Source of the DNA: the human T2T-CHM13v2.0 reference genome, Homo sapiens
Reading direction: 5' to 3' (one strand)
Length of the DNA: 64,000 nucleotides
Assembly (NCBI RefSeq): GCF_009914755.1
Contig: NC_060932.1
Part shown: in pieces, positions 1 through 15,353 of the stretch
How the letters are laid out: every line of letters begins with the position of its first letter
How positions within the stretch are numbered: the first letter of the stretch is position 1
Program-made: the position numbers and the translations under genes
Notes under the pieces: model-generated
Seen by the model: the letters and a program-made list of their open reading frames with translations, nothing else
The model's database searches: none
What the model was told of the DNA's origin: nothing

Positions 1-83
1 TGTGGATTGAACGGACCACGTATACGACTGCATATACCTTTCCTGGGATTCTCAAGTGGTTTGAAGTCAAACAGATTTCAACA
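1..83 (+). CDS. DOCK5: DOCK5 coding exon, 9th from last, 5'-truncated by the window edge; DHR-2 domain
   Basis: Frame from nt 3: WIERTTYTTAYTFPGILKWFEVKQIST, then donor GTGAGT at 84; phase 0. Confidence 0.93.
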
Positions 84-1145
84 GTGAGTCATTTGAAATT
101 GGCATTTAGAAAAAAACTTTCTGTTTCCAAATATAATAACAGCCTTTGTTGAATTCCCTCTGCAGTTCACACCAGCTTGGCCAGCCTCCTCTGGCCAACT
201 TTGTTTTTCAAAAGAGAAATAAAAGGCATGCTTATATAATAGAGCTCCTTTGTAAAACTGATGTGACAACACCAGCCCTAAAGGTCAATCACAGTGAATG
301 ACTCTTTTATGTCCAGAGGAGTGGTGTCTGCTCAGCGATCCTGCCAGCACCCAGAAACATTTTTGGAATGCTGCTTTGGAGTTTCTTGTCAATTACATCT
401 TCCCTCCCAAAGCCTGTTCTCTTCTTTTATTCTCTGCTAATCATATCCACAGTTACCCTAGACTCCTCCCTCTTCATCTCGCCCAAAAGTTGCTTATTTT
501 ACCTGTTTAGTATTGATTAAATCTGTTTTATTTCCCACCTCCTCATTGGCCTCCCTGCCATGCATGGCCTTCTCAGGTCCAGTTACCTCACTGCCTCAGT
601 GGGAATTCCATTAAGGAAATCTCACCATTTCGTCCATTCTCGTGCTTAAAGTCCTTCCATGGCTCCAAGTACCTGGAGTATAAAGCCTGTCCTCCTTAGC
701 ACACACACGTATGGCCTAACTCTTCTGCCCCATCTCCTAGGCAATCTGTTGGAACCATACTGTTCATCCCATGCTAATTTCAGTCCTCTGTGACACTGGA
801 TCGTTTTCTCTGCCTGAAACACACTCTTGCAATTTCTGCACCTAACTAACTCCCATCAAGGTTCAGTTTAGGCACCAGCTTCTCAATGAATCCATCTCTG
901 GAACACCCAAGTTGGGTGACCTGCCCTTTGTCTGTCCCCTGTGGCATCCTGGGCGTGTTTCTAACCTACCATGTTTACATGTCCTGAGACCCCGCTAACA
1001 CCATCAGCTCCTCCAAGCCATGAAATACATACATCTTAATCACTTTTGTATCTGTGGTGCATAGCATGGCACTTAGCCTAAAGTAGGTGTTCAAGAAATG
1101 TTTCTTGACCAAAGCTGAACTGAAGTTTGATGTGTTATAAGTCAT

Positions 1146-1440
<295 letters not shown>

Positions 1441-2065
1441 TTAGACATTATTCCTCAGTTATGGATATGAATTTTGGATGGAGACTTTTGGAATCAAGTC
1501 TGGAATAGGAGGTCATGTTGACTGATAATGGGTAAAATGAAGAAGGAGATACTTTTTTTTTTTTTGAAACCTGATTTTGTAGACATTTCCATAGGAAGAA
1601 CTCTCTGAATCTGTACTGTGTCTCATTTTCTTTTCATTCAAAATTCAGCCTGTATATTCGAATACATCCTATTATTTCGGACTTCTGATACACATAGAAT
1701 TCATACTAAGATTATGTATGGTCTGAATGCATGGCCTCCAAGATCACTTACCTCTTTCATGGAGGAAGCATCAAACGTTTTGCCAGTGGACATTCTTGGT
1801 GGTTCAGAAGTGACTCAGATCTGATATCCTGCTGTTCTCTTGTCGTTGATCTTCTCAAAAGTCTCCAAGGAAGTGTTGCCTAGGAAATGATTCTTACTAC
1901 AGGTCCAGTTCTTTTCTTCTCAAATTTTCTGTAGACATTTTGTCCAAGGAATAATCATTACCATAGCTCCAATGTTTAAGTCATCATTCTACTTTGTAAG
2001 GAGATTTTAAATAGCTTATTTTGTATCTTACCACTATTCCAAAAAATTGTGGTGTCCTTATAAGC

Positions 2066-2596
2066 TAGCAGTCCCCAATCTTTTTGACACAGGGACTGCT
2101 TTCCTGGAAGACAATTTTTCCATGGACCTGGGGTGGGAAGGTGGGGGGTGTTGGGGGATAGGGGATGGTTTTGGAATGATTCAAGCACATTACATTTACT
2201 GTGCACTATATTTCTATCATTATTATATTGTAACACATATTGAAATAATTATCATGTGGAATCAGTAGGAGCCCTAGCTTGTTTTCCTGCAACTAGAAGG
2301 TCCCTTCTAGAGGTAATGGGAGACAGTGACAGATCATCAGGCATTAGATTCTCATAAGGCATGCACAACCTAGATCCCTCGCATGTGCAGTTCACGATAC
2401 AGTTTGCACTCCTATGAAAATCTGATACCACCACTGATCTGACAGCAGGCAGAGCTCAGGTTGTAATGCGAGCGATGGAGAGTGGCTATAAATACAGATG
2501 AAGCTTCCCTCACTTACCTGTCGCTCACCTCTGGCTGTGTGGCCTGTTTCCTAATAGGCCACGGACTGATACTGGCCTGGCATTTTGGGACCCCTG
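2066..2596 (-). mobile_element. MER1A (hAT-Charlie) DNA transposon
   Basis: TIRs TAGCAGTCCCC...GGGACCCCTG; near-matching 8-bp TSD TTATAAGC/CTATAAGT; homologous to 37476-37995. Confidence 0.85.
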
Positions 2597-2742
2597 CTAT
2601 AAGTCTAACCTTGATTAGCAAATCTTCCCTTTTCTATAGCTTGTGGGCATTTTATACCTCTTCAAGGGAAGAGTTAAACTTTTTTCAGTCTTTACTTGGA
2701 GCTGACAAGTGTCCTCTTTCTCCCATGTGCTCTGTCACTCAG

Positions 2743-2919
2743 GAAGAGATCAGTCCTCTGGAGAATGCCATCGAAACCATGGAGCTGACCAACGAGAGGA
2801 TCAGCAACTGTGTTCAGCAGCATGCCTGGGACCGGTCCCTCTCTGTGCACCCTCTCTCCATGCTGCTCAGTGGCATCGTGGACCCGGCCGTCATGGGGGG
2901 CTTCTCCAACTATGAAAAG
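2743..2919 (+). CDS. DOCK5: DOCK5 coding exon; DHR-2 catalytic region
   Basis: AG at 2741-42; EEISPLENAIETMELTN...GIVDPAVMGGFSNYEK (DOCK-family GIVDPAVMGG motif); 177 nt; donor GT at 2920. Confidence 0.96.
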
Positions 2920-3297
2920 GTTCGCTTGGTCCCAGAATCCCCTAGGGATTCACAGACCTGGGTGTCTGTGTGCCTCCCTCTGTGCCATTTGCCACTGACA
3001 AATTCATTTCCTACAGCTGCTCTAAGAAATGTTCACTTTCCCTTCTGGCAAGTGAAGTGAATGAAACGATTGTCCCTGACTTCTTAGAGACTATCAGCAA
3101 CCCAGCTGGTATAGAACTTACCTAGTAAAGCGTCACAGAAAAAAAACCAACATGCCTCTGGTCAAAGCACCTGTTATTCTGTCTCCCCTGAGGGTTATAC
3201 AAACTGATTGGTGGACCCCAGAACCCAGGCGCACTGGAAATGAAGCAGCATCTCTGGGGATGGCAGAGCCACACTCTCTTTAGAATTAGCTTCTAGG

Positions 3298-3563
3298 GGC
3301 CAAGTGTAGTGGTTCACACCTGTAATCCCAGGATTTAGGGAGGCCAAGGCAGGTGGATCACTTGAGGTCAGGAGCGCGAGACCATCTTGGCCAACATGGT
3401 GAAACCGCGTCTCTACTAAAAATACAAAAATTGGCCAGGCATGATGGTGCATGCCTGTAGTCCGAGCTACTCAGGAGGCTGAGGCACGAGAATCACTTTT
3501 AACCCCAGAGGCAAAGGTTTCAGTAAGCCGAGATTGGGCCACTGCACTCCAGCTTGGGTGGCG
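3298..3563 (+). mobile_element. AluS, 3'-truncated, no A-tail
   Basis: 15-bp TSD GAATTAGCTTCTAGG on both sides. Confidence 0.9.
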
Positions 3564-3960
3564 GAATTAGCTTCTAGGACCCCTGCCTGACTTGGTGTGC
3601 CAGAGGTTGTATGGACAACTGATGGCCCTGACTCTACAATTAAATTAGTTCAACTAAGTATTCTTAGTTGAGACATGAAAGCAGTACTTGGCACAATTTA
3701 ATCCATGGGATAGGGTTAGGATGTAACAGCATTTAAAATACACATCATGCATTCAGTGTATGTTAGGTATAATTAATGGAGGCAGAATTTTTCATTGCTG
3801 TGGTATGTTTACAGTGGTTAAATATTTTTTGAATATAAACTTTTTGGATATAAATCAACATTTGTCAAGGACGCCCCTGTGGAGCCGCCTGGAGAGTGGG
3901 TAGAAATTAAAGGAGCCAGAGGGGAAGGGTGAGCAGCATTAATTGGGTGGCACTCTTGTG

Positions 3961-3963
<3 letters not shown>

Positions 3964-3995
<32 letters not shown>
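3964..3995. repeat. (GT)n microsatellite
   Basis: Read directly. Confidence 0.95.
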
Positions 3996-3998
<3 letters not shown>

Positions 3999-4133
3999 GG
4001 GAAGAGCAGGAGCTTTGCACTCAGTTGCTCCCAGGACCCAGTTCTGGCTTCCAATTGGCCACTGTGTGCTCTGGGCAACATGCTTCACCTCTCTGAGCTC
4101 CATATATCTGCAAAGTGAGAAGAATGCCTGACT

Positions 4134-4430
4134 TGGCCAGGCACGGTGACTCATGCCTGTAATCCCAGCACTTTGGGAAGCCGAGGCGGGAGATCACCTG
4201 AGGCCAAGAGATAGAGACCAGCCTGGCGAACTTGGCGAAACCCTGTCTCTAATAAAAACATAAAAAAATCAGCTGGGCGTGATGGCGGGTGCCTGTAATC
4301 TCAGGTACTGGAGAGGCTGAGGCATTAGAATTGCTTGAACCCGGGAGGTGGAGGCTGCAGTGAGCCAAGATTGTACCACTGAACTCCAGCCTGGGTGACA
4401 GAACAACACTCCGTCTAAAAAAAAAAAAAG
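4134..4430 (+). mobile_element. AluS
   Basis: Dimeric Alu with A-tail; AATGCCTGACT repeated on both flanks. Confidence 0.9.
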
Positions 4431-5624
4431 AAGAAAAATGCCTGACTCACAAGATAGATCACAGGATGGTTTGGAAGATTAAGGGAGACATCCTGTGTAG
4501 AAGGAACATCAGACAGTGCTTGACATAGAGTCGAGGCTTCACCAGTGTTGGTTTTCTTCCTGCCTACTTGGAGCAGACGGTGTAATTGGAATGTTCTTCA
4601 TGGGTGGTGACATCTATGCTCTGTGGCTGCCACTATGATCATCTTCTTTCTGTCCTTTTTCTCAGGCTTTCAGCCTTCTGTAGCCTTATTATACTCCGCA
4701 GCTGGGAAAGACTCAACACCAGAGACAAATTCTAGTTTCTCCATGTTAGGTGCCATAATAATATCCAGTGTTACAATGGCAGTCAATATAAAAATAGGAT
4801 CTAATATACACTACTTTTTAAATACTGTAATACTTTCAGTGTGTACTTTTTCATATATATTGTTTGATACTAATCTTCATGTATTTTTTCCAAGTATTAA
4901 TTTTTACAGAATACCCCTAATCACAGATTTATATATGCCAATATCTGTGACTGACACATAATATCATATGAAGTTTTTCCAGCGTGAGTGTTCTAATTAA
5001 AATGAACAAAAAGCTAGGATAAATACATACATACATACATACATACGTACATTTCGGGACCTTTGGCTTAAGATACTAATGTATTCATTTAGTTAATATG
5101 TATGACTGCACATTTCTAAACGTAAGAAAAAGGTAAACTCATTAATCACCATGATGTATTGCAATCAGTGGGGAAGCCCGTCATTACATATTTGATGTAA
5201 TATGTAATGGTAATAGGTAGTAGGTAAACTATTCTAATCCAGCTCTTTATTCATCGCCAAAATGATAAGAACACAGGAGCTGTGTGCTGTAATTCATCTC
5301 CCCTTTCTGTTCTGAGGCAGAACCCTACTAGAAAAATGAATTTCAGGGCTCTCTGCTCCAGTGTTCCCTGATCTAACCAATACTTTGGGAATTTCCATGT
5401 GTCCTACCATTTACCAAAAACAAAATTGTTACAACTTTCAAAAATTTCAAGTACTTGTATTTGAAAGGTAAAAGTCAATGAAAACTTAAGTAAATACTCC
5501 TTTTTCATTTATACTGACAGTCCCTCTAAATACGATCCTGGCTAGAATGAGCTGTTTTGCTAATGTATTATATTGTCATGCTTCTTTTTCTGATAATTAT
5601 TTCATATATATTCATATTCTCTGT

Positions 5625-6095
5625 TGTATTAGTTTGCTAGGGCTGCTGTAACAAAGTTCTCCAAACTGGGTGGCTTAAAACAACAAAAACTTCTTGTTTC
5701 ACTGTTGCACGAGCAAGAAGTCTGAAATCAAGGTGTCACAGTGTTGGTTCCTTCCAAGGATGTGTGAAAGAATGTTCCATGTCTCTCGTCCTGGCTTCTG
5801 GTGTCTTCTTGGTGCTCCGTGGCTTGAGGATGCTCCTCCATGTCTTGTCGATGGCCATCTTCTTGCATCTCTTCACATAATGTTCTCCCAGTGTTTGCAC
5901 TTCTGTCTCCAAATTTCCCCTTTTTATAAGGACACCAGTCATATGGGCTTAAGGGCCCACCCTACTCCAGTATGTATGACCTCCTCTTAACTAATTAAAT
6001 CTGCAACAGCCTTGCTTCCAAATAGGGTCACATTCTAAGGTACCAGGCATTAGGACTTCAGCATAGGAATTTGGGGGACATAATTCAACCCATAA
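5625..6095. mobile_element. MLT1-family (MaLR) LTR
   Basis: TGTATTAGTTTGCTAGGGCTGCTGTAACAAA...GGGGGACATAATTCAACCCATAA. Confidence 0.8.
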
Positions 6096-7104
6096 TGTCT
6101 GCTCGCAAGATAGGCTTTGCACATACTTTGTTTGCCACGCAAAATGGGCCATTCACTTTTATAAGTCTGTCCTGTAGTTCCAGGAGCTCTTGGTTTTATA
6201 TAATGGGGGGTTTGGCTCTCAAGGCATTAAAGCAGAAGACCGAAGGGGAATCTGAAGGCTGGTCTTCGAAAGCACTTTCAGAAATGAATGTTAAGGTCTG
6301 GGAAGAAAACATGTCACTCCAATTTTGGACTCTGTTGGAAACGTTTGCTGCAAACTTCTATTTCTCTTTCCTGATGAATTCTGTCTTTAAAACAGTACCC
6401 TATATAAGGCCTGTGTTTGGAATTTAAGTTTGGGTTTTATTTACCTGTTACAGGGACTTAGCTGGGGGGTCATGAGTGTTTACTGATGAGCCTGGTGCTG
6501 ATATATAATAATAAGGGCAACCAGCATTTAATATATTTGAAATGTCTTCACATCTACATCTCATTTTCTTTTTAAAATAGCACTTGGGATAGGGGACTAG
6601 TAAGAAAGTGCAAATATTAACCTTCACTTAATATAGGAAAAAAGCGTGATATAGCCAATGTCACGGGACGAGCAGAAAAACTGTCACCTCCATCTTCTGT
6701 TTTTTAACTTTTTGCTCTTTCCCTTATAATATCTATGCACTTAATTTAATGATTAGCCTTGAGATATTGCCATTTCGCCTTTGCTTTGTTCTTTGGGAAA
6801 GTTATTTTAACGAATGACGTTTTGCTTTGTTGATGATGATTATTTGATTAGTGTGTGTGTGTGGTGGGCTGGTGACTGTTAAGAATGTAGTTTTGCTAAG
6901 AATTTGCTAATTAAGGAAAGACCACACAATAGCACACACTTTTTTGCATTGTCCAACATAGTATAAGAGCTGTCTGAGGAAAGGGATGCATTTTTAGTTA
7001 GACACATCTGGTTCTTCCGCACAGGACACATGTTTCACCCTTCCAGGCTTTCCTGCACAGATAGGAATGTGTTCTAATTAAAACTTGCATATGCTTTTTT
7101 TTAG

Positions 7105-7188
7105 GCTTTTTTTACAGAAAAGTACTTGCAGGAGCATCCTGAAGACCAGGAGAAGGTTGAGCTGCTAAAGCGACTAATAGCATTACAG
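7105..7188 (+). CDS. DOCK5: DOCK5 coding exon
   Basis: ttttag|AFFTEKYLQEHPEDQEKVELLKRLIALQ|gtacag; 84 nt, phase 0-0. Confidence 0.94.
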
Positions 7189-7301
7189 GTACAGGACGGC
7201 TTTCCTCTGCACTCCCAGGGAGGCCACAGTGTGGGACACCCATTATTCTCCAGGGCTTAAGTCTACAAGCCCACTCAGGGTGACTTTTCTTTCTTTTTTT
7301 A

Positions 7302-7713
<412 letters not shown>

Positions 7714-8131
7714 AGAAAAGTTCATCTGTTGGTTTCCTGGCATGTGTTTCCAGCTGAGAGATGCTGGCCTCATTTTTTTCTCTCAAGACTTCAGTGGGCA
7801 GTGGTAGAAAACATGACTACCAAATTCAGTCTAAGACTTAAACCTATCAGTTGCTCATCCACGGAAGTGCCCCAGGACTCCGTTAGATTTGCCTCATCCC
7901 ACAGTCCTTCCCCAGTTTAGGGCCAACCTGTATTCTTGGTGTGCACATTTTCCCACATCATTGACCAAAGTCCATCCAGTCCACAAGTCCTACACTGAGA
8001 AGTGGCCTTCCCATTGGCCAGCACTATGTCTAGCAGTTTACCTTTCCACCCCATCCCTCCCTTCCCCAACCAAATCAAAACGATCCCTCTTCCTGAAGCA
8101 CACTGCACTCATTTTTTGCCCTTCTTTCCAG

Positions 8132-8269
8132 ATGCCCCTGCTAACAGAAGGGATCCGCATCCATGGGGAGAAACTCACAGAGCAGCTGAAGCCGCTGCAT
8201 GAGCGGTTGTCTTCTTGCTTCCGGGAACTCAAGGAGAAAGTAGAAAAGCACTATGGGGTTATAACACTG
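8132..8269 (+). CDS. DOCK5: DOCK5 coding exon; end of DHR-2
   Basis: ttccag|MPLLTEGIRIHGEKLTEQLKPLHERLSSCFRELKEKVEKHYGVITL|gtaagc; 138 nt. Confidence 0.95.
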
Positions 8270-8448
8270 GTAAGCATGATCTAAGTAGCCTTCACACCTT
8301 TTTCTAGGCTCTGTGACCTTTTATGACACTGATTCGTTTTTCAGATGCCAAGTGAGTTGTAATAACTTAGCTATGGCATGGAAATAGTGAGGCTGGTGGG
8401 AGAGAGTGTGTTCCCCTCTTGGTGACCTTGAGCAGTCCTTGTGCTGGT

Positions 8449-8641
8449 CAGAGGTTCTCCAACTTGAACAACTATCAGAACCTCCCAGAGCGCCTGTGAA
8501 AATACAGATGGCTGAGCCATCATAACCCTGGAGTTTATGATTCCATAGATCTGGGGGTGGGGCCCAAGTAGTTGCAATTCTGAGAAGTTCCCGGGTGATA
8601 TTGATGCTGCTGGTCTGGGGACAACACTTTGAGAACCACTG
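8449..8641. mobile_element. MER5A
   Basis: TIRs CAGAGGTTCTC...GAGAACCACTG; ~190 bp. Confidence 0.82.
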
Positions 8642-8646
8642 TACTA

Positions 8647-8960
<314 letters not shown>

Positions 8961-9324
8961 AATAACTCAAAGTTTTCTGAATCCTAGACACTGGTTATTC
9001 TTGTGCTGTCTGGCCAAATTCTTACATTTTTTCCTAATCTTAGAAATAGTATCTATTTTGATGAAAAGTATACAGTTTTCACGCCTTTGAAGGGAAGAAG
9101 GAATTGTGAATTACATTTCATATGCATGTAGCTGCTTTCATAATTGTTTTTGACGAGCTCCTCACAGCTACAATTTTCTTTTCTCCTCCTGAGCAGTTCA
9201 GTGGATAGTGCATGTATGTACTAACCTTTTCTCTCCAGTGAGTGATGGTGTAATACGTTCTAGCTCTACTTATCTGCATTTTTTTCTTTGAATTCATCCT
9301 GTTCTCTTTAATGGTCTTATTCTT

Positions 9325-9946
<622 letters not shown>

Positions 9947-10760
9947 CTTTAATGGTCTTATTCTTAAACCCCTTATTTTCACATTATTTCCTCAAACCAA
10001 AGCTCTGAGTTTCTTTTCATGCTCTTTTCTCCCCCATTCCTGTCTGCCCACCTTCAGTACAGTTTCCTCCAGGGTATCTTTTTGAGCGTGTCTTTCAGCC
10101 ATTAAGTGTTCAGTCGTGCCTTCTTCCTAAGATTGTGCCTCCTAACCTGCTGCTACTTAAGAGTTTTTCTAGGAGCATTTGTCTTTTGCACACACATTCC
10201 TAGACAGCAAAGACTGTCTTCGATTTAATGAGCTTAGTCATTATTAGAACTTGGCCGGTATTAGTGAGTCATTTTCATATGGTGGCATCTGGGGGTAATC
10301 CTACTGGTGACATTTCTAGAGAACATAGGATTCACCAGGTTAAGCTGCATGTCTACAGTGTCAATCTAACAATTTTCTCTAACCCCAATATTCCATATTT
10401 TAAAAGACTGAAAGCAGCTGAGCTGGGGAAGCAGACGGAAGGTTTTGCTATTTATTGGAGAGTGTGAGGCACATCTTAATTTTTTCCTGTCTCATTTAGG
10501 TAGCAGAAAATTATGACAACTTTTTCTCTAGTCTTAGCATCAGGGAGGTTTAACCTAAGTTGTACCTATAGCTAACAGTATCAGTACATGCAATATTTAA
10601 CAATAGAGGCAGCACAGGCACCAACCAATCAGAATGGGGTGCCAGCCACATAACCAGTACAGATGGGTACTGGTTAGCCACAAGCAAACAGGGCAGCTGT
10701 GGCCAGTTCATAGGGGCTGGATTCCAGGTCCGCTAACCATGTGGAGTCATATGTTTTCAG

Positions 10761-10927
10761 CCACCCAACTTGACGGAGAGGAAGCAAAGCCGCACGGGGT
10801 CTATTGTGCTCCCCTACATCATGTCTTCCACTCTGCGGAGGTTGTCCATCACCTCAGTCACTTCCTCTGTGGTTTCCACCTCTTCAAACTCGTCTGACAA
10901 TGCTCCTTCCAGACCGGGATCTGATGG
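10761..10927 (+). CDS. DOCK5: DOCK5 coding exon; Ser-rich linker
   Basis: tttcag|PPNLTERKQSRTGSIVLPYIMSSTLRRLSITSVTSS...RPGSD(G)|gtaagg; 167 nt, phase 0-2. Confidence 0.93.
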
Positions 10928-11179
10928 GTAAGGGTTTCATCTTTAATCTGCAGGAAGGGTGGGGTAACGCCTTACTAATGTTTGCCTTTAGCCACGCATC
11001 ACTCCTTTGAGAAAAATAGCCTTTGGGTCATTCTCATTGTCTTCCTCATGAGGAATGTCATGATTAGCAGAATAATAACAACAGTTACTAAAAATGAAAA
11101 ATGACAAAGAAATCACCCATAATCCTACCACACTATTACATACCTATAGTCATTACCTATTTTTTTCATCATTTCCATT

Positions 11180-13050
11180 TTAAAAAATAAATTTTTACAT
11201 CTATTTTATGAATAGGTTTTATAATCACATGGCATGAAATTCCAAAAGAACCAAACGATATATCACAAAAAATCTCCCTTTAATCTGAGACTTCCCACTA
11301 CAGTAGAAGCCCTGCAGTAGCCCCACCCCTAGAGCCAGATGATGCTAACATTCAGGTTCTTGGTAGCCCCATGGCAGCTCTTTATAGGTTCACAAGCATT
11401 GCGTAATTATGTGTTCTTCCCCACACTTTTTTTATATGAATGGTAGAATTTTCTTTACTTTGCTTTTTTTCATTTACTATTATATCTTGAAACTCTTTCC
11501 ATTTCAGAACATAAAAAGCCCCCTCTTTATGCTTTCTGTAGCTATAGATATGGCTCATTGTATGTATGTGGCATGATACAGATTGAGTATCCCTCATCCA
11601 AAATGCTTGGGGCCCGAAGTGTTTTGAATTTCGGATGTTTTAGTATTTTTGGATATTTGCGTTATACCTGTTCAGCATCCCTAATCCAAAAACCCCAAAT
11701 CTGAAATGTTCCAGTAAGCATTTCCTTTGAGCGTCATGTCAGCATTCAAATATTTCACATTTTGGAGCATTTTGGATTTTGGATTTTGGGATTGGGGATA
11801 TTCAACCTGTATATTCTACCAGTGCTTACTGGTGGTTATTCAGTTGCTTTCACTCTATTACTGTTACTTCAGTGTGACAATGAATAACCTTAAACACATG
11901 TTATTTTGTACATATACAACTATATCAATATGGGAAAAATCTCGTATGTGAAATTGCTCTGTCAAAGATGTATATTTGCAATTTTGAAAATTATTCCTAA
12001 ACCGACTTCCATAAAGATTATACCAGTTTACACTCCCACCAGCAACACACAGGAGTGCCTAGTTACTCACCCTAGCCACCAAACTGTACTCTTAGTCTTT
12101 TTAAATTTTACCAATCTGATAGGTGGAAAATATTTTCTTGTATACTTTTTGTTTGTTTTTTGGTTTTTGTTTATTTTTCTTGTTTTGCCTGAAGTTGAAC
12201 ATCTTTTCATTTGTTTGTAGTTTTATTTTCTGTGACCTGTGGTCAAATACTTTTTTCTGTTGAATTGTTGGCCCTTTGTCTGTGAAATGAGTTGAAATGT
12301 TTTCTCCTAATTTCTCCTTTATCTTTTGACTTCTAATTTGTTGCTTCTAATTTTTTATTGAGTTGTGCTGATTTTTTTATGTAGTTATATAATCAATCTT
12401 TTATTTTATGACTTCTGGGTTTTATTTCACAATTAAAGGCCTTTCCCACTCTAAGATAACAAAAAAGGTACTTTTTTTTTTTCATTGACTTTTAGGGTTT
12501 CACTATTTACAATTTTGTCTGTAATCCTTTAGAATTTATTCTAATATAAGATGTTAAGTATGGAGCCAACATTTTTATTTCCAAATGGCTACTCAATTCT
12601 TCTTATAACATTTAGTGAACAAGTCATCTTTTTGTTTTTTTTGAAATGTCAATCTTATAAAAAATCAAATTTCCACATACTCTTTAGTCTGTGGACATTT
12701 TTTTTCTATTTCTTAGATTTACCTGTCTATTCATGTATCAGTACTATGCAATCTTAATTATTATAGATATAAAACATTTTTTATTTCCTAATATTCCTTT
12801 TCAGAATTTAATCTGGCTAGTGTCGCTATTGCTCACTGTTAGATTAACTTGTCTAGAATCCTATTGCTATTTTTATTAGGATCATGTTAAATGTATGGAC
12901 TAACTTTAGGAAGAGTGATGGCTTTTTGATGCTGAGGCTTCCTTGCCAGAAACATAAAATGCCTTTCCATATGTTCAAATGTAAAATATTTGAAAGGAGT
13001 TATAGTTGTGTTCTTTCTGCCTAGCAATATATTTAAATAATATATTGCTA
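11180..13050 (-). mobile_element. Degraded L1M 3' fragment (boundaries approximate)
   Basis: T-rich with L1 3' motifs, e.g. ACCAGTTTACACTCCCACCAGCAA. Confidence 0.6.
11579..11809. mobile_element. Tigger4a/MER46A-type element inside the L1 fragment
   Basis: TA|CAGATTGAGTATCCC...GGGATATTCAACCTG|TA: TIRs with TA TSD. Confidence 0.8.
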
Positions 13051-13108
13051 AAATACAGGAAAGGTTTAAAAGAAAACAATGCTTTATTACTTCATCACTC
13101 AAAGATAA

Positions 13109-13460
<352 letters not shown>

Positions 13461-13725
13461 CTGTTTATTTTTTATACAAGTGGAAAAGCATTGCATCTAT
13501 CATGTTGTGACCTACTGCTTAATTTAATATAGGTGATGAGCATTTATGCATCATTAAGTATTTAAAATAGTCTTGAATATAAGTTATCAGTTGACTCACC
13601 ATTTTTTCACAAATGTTTAATTCCATAATACAATAATTACATCATAAAAATAACCTACCTGAATGCCACCCTGCCTGGAAATCAAATATGTAGTGTTTCT
13701 TAAATTATGCATTCTTTTCCGTTGA

Positions 13726-14128
<403 letters not shown>

Positions 14129-14791
14129 GTGTAATCTTTATTACTATCAGCTTTTACCATCATTTTTGATGGCAATTGACATTGCATCATACAAATATGC
14201 CATGATTAATTATTCTTCTACTATAGAATATTTAAGCTGTATCCTTCTTTCTAAACAATTAACCATAAAACTTCATTATAGATTTTAATACAAAAATATG
14301 TATGTAACTTGTATCAGTATAAAATATATTTTTATTAAAAACTATAGCAAACATATTTGGACATGTAGCTTTCTTATTAGGATGCATTCTTAGAAGTGGT
14401 GGGATTATTTCTAGAATGTAGTAATCTAGATTCTAGATTACTTCTAGAATCTAGATTACATTCTAGTAGTATATAGTAATCTAGATTACTACATTCTAGT
14501 AGTATGTAGTTTGTGGGTAGGATTTGAACACAGGCTATCTGGCTCCAGAGTTGTGCTCTTACCCACTACATAAAACTGCCTATTGAATCTCTTACTTTAA
14601 AGATTCTGTCTTTGCCTGTACATTGAATTAAGCCCTTCACTTCCTGGGGTAAGATACTCCCTAATATTTTCGTCCAGTCGTCTGATGGTCTTGTTTCTGT
14701 ACATTAACACCTTGAGATGTTTGTTCAGTTGTAATTGAAAATTTAGATTTAGAATCTGAGAGTGAAGTCATAGGTCAAGAGTAGGTTGAGG

Positions 14792-15085
14792 AGGCCGGGC
14801 ATGGTGGCTCACGCCTCTAGCCTTAGCACTTTGGGAGGGCTGAGGTAGGAGCATCACTTGAGCCCAGGAGTTTGAGACAGCCTGGGCAACAGTTTGAGAC
14901 CAGCCTGGGCAACATGGTGAAACCCCATCCCTACTAAAACAATACAAACTTTAGCTGGGCATGGTGGTACACACCTGTAGTCCCAGCCACTCAGAAGTCA
15001 AGGTTATAGTGAGCTGTGATCGCACCACTGCACTCCAGCCTGAATGATGGGAGAAAGACCCTGTCTCAAAAAAAAAAAAAAAAAA
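14792..15085 (+). mobile_element. AluJ with an internal ~22-bp tandem duplication and a right-arm deletion
   Basis: TTTGAGAC(C)AGCCTGGGCAACA occurs twice. Confidence 0.85.
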
Positions 15086-15181
15086 TAGCCTAAAGAGTCA
15101 TAACTGCTGGTACTTTCATAGTGAATTTTGATTGCAAGGTGATCAGTATTTGTGATGTTTGTCCTTGTTCCTGGCCAATAG

Positions 15182-15353
15182 CTCAATCTTGGAGCCACTT
15201 TTGGAGCGCAGGGCCTCGTCAGGTGCCAGAGTTGAAGATCTGTCCCTTAGAGAGGAGAACAGCGAGAACCGGATCAGCAAGTTTAAGAGAAAAGACTGGA
15301 GTCTGAGCAAGTCCCAGGTCATTGCAGAGAAAGCACCAGAACCCGATTTGATG
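15182..15353 (+). CDS. DOCK5: DOCK5 coding exon
   Basis: aatag|(G)SILEPLLERRASSGARVEDL...APEPDLM|gtaaaa; 172 nt, phase 2-0. Confidence 0.93.

Noticed and set aside
2482-2742. N-terminal part of the 192-aa ORF
   Set aside because: Starts at GTG inside MER1A and runs through intron; only 2743-2919 is a DOCK5 exon
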